Below, in pieces: positions 5,426-10,384 of a stretch of DNA of 10,384 bases. A program made the translations under genes and the position numbers. How positions within the stretch are numbered: the first letter of the stretch is position 1; each line of letters starts with the position of its first letter. The stretch is taken from assembly GCA_044222065.1 (NCBI GenBank), contig JBGAOA010000100.1, positions 1-10,384 of the forward strand. The letters are read 5' to 3'. The notes beneath the pieces are model-generated. The model had not been told where the DNA came from, searched no databases, and worked only from the letters and a program-made list of their open reading frames with translations. This stretch comes from Candidatus Eiseniibacteriota bacterium (GTDB lineage Bacteria; Eisenbacteria; RBG-16-71-46).

Positions 5426-8307
5426 AGCTCGTGCGCCTCAAGGTCGAGGGCTTCGGCTCGCTCAAGGGCGAGTTCCGCTTCGATCCCGATCGCGTGACGC
5501 TGGTCGTGGACGACAACGAGCGCGGCAAGTCCACGCTGATCGCGGCGATCAACGCCGCGCTGTACGGCCTCGAGGACGACCGGCGCTCGTTCCGCACGAT
5601 CACCCCGCTCGAACGCTGGCGGCCGTGGGGCGGGGGCGCGTACCAGGTCGAGCTCGAACTCGAGCACGGCCACGAGCGCATCGTGATCCACCGCGACTTC
5701 GAGCGCGGCACCGTGTCGGTGTTCAACGGCTCCGGCAAGGAGATCACCGAGAAGTACCGCGCGGGCAAGGACGAGTTCCCGGTCGGCAAGACGCTCTTCG
5801 GGCTCGACGAGTCCGAGTTCGAGAAGTGCGCGCTGCTGCGCCAGGGCGAACTCGACCTGGTCGTCCCGGCCGAGGAGCGCGCGCGCCGTCATTCGACGCT
5901 GCACGCGCGGCTCGAGAACGCGGCCGACACGAAGGTCGGCGACACGAACGCGACCGAGGCCGTGCAGGTGCTGCAGTCGGCGACCTCGGCGTACACGTCG
6001 CCCGAGCTCGGCACGACGATGAAAGTCGAGAGCGCGATCCAGAAGCTCGAGGCGAAGCTCGGGCTCATCGAGGCCGACTTGAAGGCGAGCGAGCACGATC
6101 TCGCGACGATCGCCGATCCGATGGAAGAGCTGTCGAAGCTGGCCGACGAGGAGTCCGCCGTGAAGGGCTCGCTCGACCAGCTCGACGCCGAGCGCCGCGT
6201 CGGGCTCGCGCAGGAGCTGCGCCGCAAGCTCAAGGACGACGACGGCCATCGCGACGAGTGGGAGACGCTGCGCCGCGAGGCCCGCAAGCTCGAAGAGATG
6301 CGCGTGCTGCCGCCGAACGCGGAAGCCGACCTGCGCGACGCCGTCGCGCGCCACGAAGAGATGCTCCGCAAGCTCGACGCGCTCGAACAGCGCCGTGTCG
6401 AGGAGCAGACGCGCGAACGCTCGCGCGTCGAAGAGGAACTCGAGACCCTCAAGGCCTATGCCGCGTGCACGTCGGACGACGCCGACCGCTTCATCGCGCT
6501 CGCCTCCGAGCTGCGCCGCATCGCCGACGAGGACGAGCGGCTCCGCACCGAGACGTTCAATCTGCGCGACTCGATCGCGAGCCGCGGCCACGAGCCCGAG
6601 CGCATGGGCGCGCTGCGAGAGCGCTTCGGCGAGCTGTCGGGCGAGCAGGAGAAGCTGCTGCGCGGCCAGTCCGAGCTCGCGCTGCAGTTCCAGACCGAAG
6701 TCGCGACGCTCGAGAACGCGCGCACCGAGGCGACCGAGACGCTGCGCTCGATCGATGCGCTGCGGAACGCGCGCCGGCTGCCGGGCTGGGTGCTCACCGC
6801 GCTCGGCCTCGGACTCGCCGCCGCCGGCTTCGCGCTGCTCGCGCTCAAGACCGCGGCGCCGCTCTGGACCTCGATGCTCGCGATCGGCGGCGTCTCGATC
6901 CTGATCGGCCTGCCGCTGCTGCTGTCGGGCGCGAACGCGAAGCAGGACGAACGCGAGGACGCGCTCCGCAAGCTCGCCGACGCCCAGCGCCGGCTGAACC
7001 AGCTGCGCCAGCAGCGCGCCGAGAGCGAAGTGAACGTGAACGAGCTGTCGCGCTCGATGGGTTACCGCGATCCGGTCGAGCTGCTGCGCGACTGGAACGA
7101 GTACACGCGCGTCATGGACGAGAGCGGCCCGATCTACAAGGCCGAGTCGCAGCTCCAGGCCCTGCGCGACCAGCGTTCGGCCGCGCTCGCCGAAGTGAAG
7201 TCGCTGCTCACGAAGATCGGCGGCGGCTCGCCGGACCCGGGTTTCCTCGAGCGCGCCGCGCACAGCGTGCGACTGCACCTCGCGGGCCAGAAGCAGCTCA
7301 ACGAGATCAGCAAGGGCTGGGGCTGGATCGAGGAGGAGAAGCGCGTCACGGAAGCGCAGGCGAACGGGCTCCGGGAGCGCGCGATCAAGGTGCTCGAGCA
7401 CGCCGGCATCGACCACGAGGACGGCAAGCCGTGGGCGGACTATTTGCGCGAGATCGGCGAGCGCGCACGCACGGGCCAGCGCCTCGAAGTGCTGCGCTCG
7501 GAGCTGATCCCGCAGGCCGAGCGGCGAATGCTGCCCGAGACGCAGGTCGAGGAGATCCGCGCGCAGCTCACGGGCCTCGAAGCCGTGGGCCCGATTCCGG
7601 ACGACGCGAAGGCGCGCCCGCAGGCGGACCTCGAGGCGCAGACGATGCTGCTGCGCGCGCAGCTCGACTCGGTGAAGAACCGCCGCCAGGACCTGCGCGT
7701 GCAGGTCGAGGACGTGTGGCGCAAGGTCAACGTCGGCCGCGCCGAGAAGTCGTCCGAGCTGGACCGCATCCAGCGCGCGCTCGACCACGCGCGCCGTTTC
7801 CAGCGCGCCGTGGCCGTCGCGACCGAGACGATCCAGAGCGTGTCGGTCGAGACGCACCGCCGGTGGGCGGACCACCTGAACGAGCGCGTGCGCGAGCTGC
7901 TGAAGCCGCTCGGCACGGGCGTCGAGCAGGTGCGATTCGGCGAGGACCTCGATTTCTCGATCAAGCCCGTGAACGGCCAGCAGGCGCCGCGCGGCAAGGC
8001 GACGGCGCAGCTGTCAGCCGGCGCGCGCGACCAGCTGTACCTCGCGATCCGGCTCGCGGTGAGCGAGTACCTCGCGCGCGGCCAGGCTCCGGCGCCGCTG
8101 CTGCTCGACGACGCGTTCGCGACGAGCGACGACTCGCGCGCGGCGGCGGGCATGCACCTGCTGCTCGAGCACTTCTCGAAGCAGCACCAGGTGATCGTGG
8201 CGACGTGCCATCGCAAGCGTCACGAGTCGATGGCGGCGAACGACGCGAAGCTGTGGGAAGAGCGCGTGCAGTGGCTCGACCTCGGCGCGGCGGTCCGCCA
8301 GGGCTGA
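5422..8307 (+). CDS. yhaN: Rad50/SbcC-like SMC-family ABC ATPase (YhaN-like) with central transmembrane hairpin, 961 aa
   Basis: Starts MKLVRLKVEGFG. Walker A variant DDNERGKST (5509-5535), long coiled coils, two hydrophobic helices at about 6784-6930. Signature LSAGARDQLYLAIRLA (from 8011), Walker B LLLDDAF, H-loop ATCH. ATGA coupling to the nuclease. The symbol denotes family resemblance. Confidence 0.92.
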   Translation: MKLVRLKVEGFGSLKGEFRFDPDRVTLVVDDNERGKSTLIAAINAALYGLEDDRRSFRTITPLERWRPWGGGAYQVELELEHGHERIVIHRDFERGTVSVFNGSGKEITEKYRAGKDEFPVGKTLFGLDESEFEKCALLRQGELDLVVPAEERARRHSTLHARLENAADTKVGDTNATEAVQVLQSATSAYTSPELGTTMKVESAIQKLEAKLGLIEADLKASEHDLATIADPMEELSKLADEESAVKGSLDQLDAERRVGLAQELRRKLKDDDGHRDEWETLRREARKLEEMRVLPPNAEADLRDAVARHEEMLRKLDALEQRRVEEQTRERSRVEEELETLKAYAACTSDDADRFIALASELRRIADEDERLRTETFNLRDSIASRGHEPERMGALRERFGELSGEQEKLLRGQSELALQFQTEVATLENARTEATETLRSIDALRNARRLPGWVLTALGLGLAAAGFALLALKTAAPLWTSMLAIGGVSILIGLPLLLSGANAKQDEREDALRKLADAQRRLNQLRQQRAESEVNVNELSRSMGYRDPVELLRDWNEYTRVMDESGPIYKAESQLQALRDQRSAALAEVKSLLTKIGGGSPDPGFLERAAHSVRLHLAGQKQLNEISKGWGWIEEEKRVTEAQANGLRERAIKVLEHAGIDHEDGKPWADYLREIGERARTGQRLEVLRSELIPQAERRMLPETQVEEIRAQLTGLEAVGPIPDDAKARPQADLEAQTMLLRAQLDSVKNRRQDLRVQVEDVWRKVNVGRAEKSSELDRIQRALDHARRFQRAVAVATETIQSVSVETHRRWADHLNERVRELLKPLGTGVEQVRFGEDLDFSIKPVNGQQAPRGKATAQLSAGARDQLYLAIRLAVSEYLARGQAPAPLLLDDAFATSDDSRAAAGMHLLLEHFSKQHQVIVATCHRKRHESMAANDAKLWEERVQWLDLGAAVRQG

Positions 8308-8321
8308 ACCGCGTCGCGCCT

Positions 8322-8346
8322 GCGCGTTCGTCGCTGACGGACGCGC
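8322..8346 (+). terminator. Hairpin just after the ATPase stop
   Basis: GCGCGTTCGTC (8322-8332)/GACGGACGCGC (8336-8346): 11 bp with one U-G pair, 3-nt loop, no U tract. Confidence 0.35.
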
Positions 8347-8379
8347 TGCCGAAGGTGCCGCGACTCGTAGCCCACTGAC

Positions 8380-8524
8380 GCGCTGCGGAGGACGCCGGGG
8401 GCCTCGCCGGGCCCGCTCGCCTCCGCATCCTGCTCCGGCTCGCTACGTTTCGGCCGTGCTCCACCTTCCTGGCTCCGCGCGGCCTCGACGTACCCGGCGA
8501 GCCCTCCTGCGTCCCCCGCAACGC
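8380..8524 (-). repeat. Structured GGA-displaying element, copy 2 (inverted; core 8415-8484)
   Basis: Reverse complement of 8415-8484 is 69/70 identical to 8635-8704. It has its own closing stem: CTCGCCGGG 8403-8411/8493-8501, GGACGC 8390-8395/8509-8514, TGCGG 8384-8388/8516-8520. Confidence 0.9.
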
Positions 8525-8591
8525 TGCGCATCACTGAAGGGCACGGCCATCGCCTGCTACACGCCGAGCAGGGAGCGGACGCGCCATCGCA

Positions 8592-8741
8592 GCCCGAGGA
8601 GGCTCCTGGGCAGAGCCCTTTCCGGGCACGCCGAGGCCGTGCGGAGCCAGGAAGGTGGAGCACGGCCGAAACGTAGCGAGCCGGAGCAGGATGCGGAGGC
8701 GAGCGGCCAGGAAAGGGCTCTGGCCAGGAGCCTTCTCGGGC
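8592..8741 (+). repeat. Structured GGA-displaying element, copy 3 (core 8635-8704)
   Basis: 32-bp closing stem 8592-8623/8710-8741 with one G-G mismatch and one G-U pair, enclosing the two-hairpin core. Confidence 0.92.
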
Positions 8742-8817
8742 GTGAGCGAGCAGAAGGCGGACTTCCGGGCGTCAGCGAGCTGAAGGCGAACTTGCGGGCG
8801 TCAGCGAACTGAAGCCG
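8737..8817. repeat. 29-bp tandem repeat, about 2.8 units
   Basis: CGGGCGTGAGCGAGCAGAAGGCGGACTTC (8737-8765), CGGGCGTCAGCGAGCTGAAGGCGAACTTG (8766-8794), CGGGCGTCAGCGAACTGAAGCCG (8795-8817). Confidence 0.85.
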
Positions 8818-8820
8818 CGT

Positions 8821-9024
8821 CTACGCCCGTTCGCTCCGTTCCAGCTTCGGCAAACGCTCGAGCTGCGAGATGCGCGCGCGCATGACGCGCTCGAGCGCCG
8901 ACGTCACGAGCAGCGCTCGCCACACCTTGCGCGCCTGGAAGAGCGCCGCCACCGCAACCGCGACGAGCATCATCGCGAGACCCACCGGCTCCGACACGGC
9001 GATCCACTCCACGCGATCGAACAC
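8821..9024 (-). CDS. Small single-pass membrane protein, 67 aa
   Basis: GTG start with a GAGGAG RBS (9036-9031) overlapping the upstream stop codon. One TM helix (VGLAMMLVAVAVAALF) followed by a basic amphipathic tail. Confidence 0.7.
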   Translation of the reverse strand: MFDRVEWIAVSEPVGLAMMLVAVAVAALFQARKVWRALLVTSALERVMRARISQLERLPKLERSERA

Positions 9025-9034
9025 GAGCGCCTCC

Positions 9035-9463
9035 TCAGTCCTGCGAGCGGACGAGCCACGAACTCAGGAGTAGCGCGGCGCCCACCGTGATCGGGATGAT
9101 GCCGACCGCCCAGGCCGAGTCGTTCGGCTGGATGATGCGCAGGAACACGAGGATCGAGACGCCCGCGGCGATCGTCACGATGCCGCCGATGAGCAGTCCC
9201 TGCGCGCGGCGCTTGGCGACGTCGCGCGGAGACCAGAACATGGAGGCGAGGTCGCCGCTGGCCGTCGGGAGCGGCGGCAATTGCGCCGGATCGATCCCGC
9301 GCTCGATCGCGGCGATCCGTTCGCGCTGCGCGAGCTCGACGAGGCGCTGCTGGCCGATCATGCGCACGATGCCCGCGGCGATGCCGCCGATGATCGCGAC
9401 GATCGGAATGCTGAAGGCCATGAACGGAACGACGAATTCGGGACTGAGCAGGTCGAGCAGCAT
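9035..9463 (-). CDS. Three-TM membrane protein, DUF6249-like, ECF-sigma associated, 142 aa
   Basis: GAAAGGAG RBS. TM1, then RLVELAQRERIAAIERGIDP, then two C-terminal TMs (GLLIGGIVTIAAGVSILVFL; WAVGIIPITVGAALLLSSWL). This layout resembles DUF6249 proteins as I recall them; not HMM-verified. Confidence 0.8.
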   Translation of the reverse strand: MLLDLLSPEFVVPFMAFSIPIVAIIGGIAAGIVRMIGQQRLVELAQRERIAAIERGIDPAQLPPLPTASGDLASMFWSPRDVAKRRAQGLLIGGIVTIAAGVSILVFLRIIQPNDSAWAVGIIPITVGAALLLSSWLVRSQD

Positions 9464-9523
9464 GTTCGTGGCTCCTTTCGGCGGCGCTCCGCCGCGGCGG
9501 GTGGCTCCGGTTCGGGTTTCGCA

Positions 9524-9556
9524 CGGTTGGACGGGGAGTTCCTCGCCGAGGTTTCA
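9524..9556 (-). promoter_or_regulatory. Putative ECF sigma promoter for the membrane-protein operon
   Basis: Minus strand TGAAAC (9556-9551)-N17-CGTCCAACCG (9533-9524). Confidence 0.72.
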
Positions 9557-9599
9557 GCCCTCTCCGCGGACGTCGCGCGCGGCACGGGCCGAACTTCGA

Positions 9600-9633
9600 T
9601 GAAACCCGGCGCCTCCGAACCCCCGTCCAACCG
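9600..9633 (+). promoter_or_regulatory. Putative autoregulatory ECF sigma promoter
   Basis: TGAAAC (9600-9605)-N18-CGTCCAACCG (9624-9633), with boxes identical to the divergent copy. ATG 9638 follows almost immediately. Confidence 0.7.
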
Positions 9634-9637
9634 GGCG

Positions 9638-10215
9638 ATGGAGCCCGCCCCGGCCGCCGCACCGGCCCCGGGCGCCGCCGACGAAGCGGCGCTCATCGCC
9701 CAGGCCCGCCTCGGCGACGCCGCCGCGTTCCGCGTACTGGTCGAGCGCCATCAGGATCACGCCTACGGGCTCGCGCTGCGGCTGCTGCGCTCGCCCGAAG
9801 ACGCGCGCGACGTGGCGCAGGAGTCGTTCGTGCGCGCGTGGCGATCGCCTTCGAGTCCGCGAGACTCGCGCTTCGGGACATGGCTGCACCGCATCGTCGT
9901 GCGACGCGCGCTCGATCGCGCCGACGCGCTGCGCCGCCGTCGCGCGCGCGAGGACGCGCTCGAGCGCGGCGCCGAGATCGCGGCGCCGTCCGAAGAGCCC
10001 GGCGCCGGCGAACGGGCGCGGCGGCTCGAGGCGCTCATGAGCCGGCTCTCGGACGCGCAGCGGCTCATCGTCACGCTCTTCTACTTCGAGGAGCGATCGG
10101 TCGCCGACGTCGCGTCGCTGCTCGGCATGCCCGAAAACACCGTGAAGACGCACCTCCACCGCGCGCGCGCCGCGCTGCGCGAGGGCTGGGAGCGGCAGGA
10201 AAGGGCGGCGCGTGA
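9638..10215 (+). CDS. ECF-family (sigma70 group 4) RNA polymerase sigma factor, about 190 aa; natural stop apparently displaced by a 1-nt deletion
   Basis: Hand translation, as it is absent from the ORF track: DEAALIAQARLGDAAAFRVLVERHQDHAYGLALRLLRSPEDARDVAQESFVRAW...SRFGTWLHRIVVRRALD (region 2) and LSDAQRLIVTLFYFEERSVADVASLLGMPENTVKTHLHRARAALRE (region 4). As given, the frame stays open to the window end; TGA 10213-10215 is one base out of frame. Alternative in-frame ATG at 9599. Confidence 0.9.
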
Positions 10216-10384
10216 ACGACCGGCCGCGGGATCCAAACGCGGACGCGCGCTTCGAGGCGTGGCTCGACGCCGCGCTCGCGCCGCTGCGCGAGCGCGCCTC
10301 GAAGCTTCGCGGACGGCGTGGCCGCCCGCATCGCCGCCGCGCCGGGAGGCGACGCCGCGTGCCGCGCGCGATGCCGCGTCCGTC
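10212..10384 (+). CDS. Probable anti-sigma factor N-terminus (partial, apparent frameshift near 10300)
   Basis: GTGA overlap at the sigma 3' end gives MNDRPRDPNADARFEAWLDAALAPLRERA. A shifted frame from 10306 reads FADGVAARIAAAP, resembling the P-x-x-F-x-x-x-V-x-x-R-I helix of anti-sigma N-termini. Confidence 0.5.
   Translation, partial: MNDRPRDPNADARFEAWLDAALAPLRERASKLRGRRGRPHRRRAGRRRRVPRAMPRP

Noticed and set aside
4154..8307. Known SMC-based defence system (Wadjet, Lamassu)
   Set aside because: No kleisin/KITE/JetD or Lamassu effector genes adjacent. The partner is an Mre11-type phosphoesterase, and composition and neighbours do not suggest a defence island.
114..8378. Long alternative-frame and antisense ORFs (e.g. 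322..2364, 1579..3096, 5404..7875, 5625..8378)
   Set aside because: R/A/G/P-rich low-information translations expected from stop-codon scarcity at very high GC. Each overlaps a better-supported gene.
8380..8741. IS or classical MITE bounded by the inverted copies
   Set aside because: No transposase, no evident target-site duplication, outer ends not conserved, and a separate copy with its own stem exists at 50-201.
8220..8812. ORFs 8220..8663 (-) and 8456..8812 (+) sharing the peptide RSQEGGARPKRSEPEQDAEASG
   Set aside because: The shared peptide is simply the translated DNA repeat. Substitutions follow base-pairing, and there is no RBS or protein-like composition.
8737..8817. CRISPR array
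   Set aside because: Units are directly adjacent with no unique spacers, are degenerate, and there are no cas genes in the window.
9554..10159. 201-aa minus-strand ORF
   Set aside because: Antisense shadow of the ECF sigma factor, whose conserved regions 2 and 4 are on the plus strand.

Overview
Very GC-rich, gene-dense DNA from a probable diderm bacterium (it encodes an outer-membrane beta-barrel and a lipoprotein). Left to right the genes are: an outer-membrane beta-barrel (-), a membrane-anchored TPR-like protein (-), a tandem-cupredoxin lipoprotein (+), an exported helical hypothetical protein (-), and a coupled Mre11/SbcD-type nuclease plus Rad50/SbcC-type ATPase of the YhaO/YhaN kind (+). 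The ATPase has a transmembrane hairpin where Rad50 has its zinc hook. After these come a two-gene small membrane-protein operon (-) divergent from an ECF sigma factor and probable anti-sigma (+), which the ORF track misses and which contain apparent indels. The most striking non-coding feature is a ~150-nt structured element present three times (50-201 +, 8380-8524 -, 8592-8741 +). Its near-invariant 70-nt core folds into two hairpins that display six GGA trinucleotides in loops, with compensatory base changes. The core is enclosed by a long stem whose sequence differs between copies while pairing is kept. It resembles a dispersed CsrA/RsmA-binding RNA module or a new REP-like family. Also seen: twin divergent ECF promoters (TGAAAC-N17/18-CGTCCAACCG), sigma70-like promoters and a 29-bp tandem repeat. 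All family calls are from motif recognition; no searches were run.
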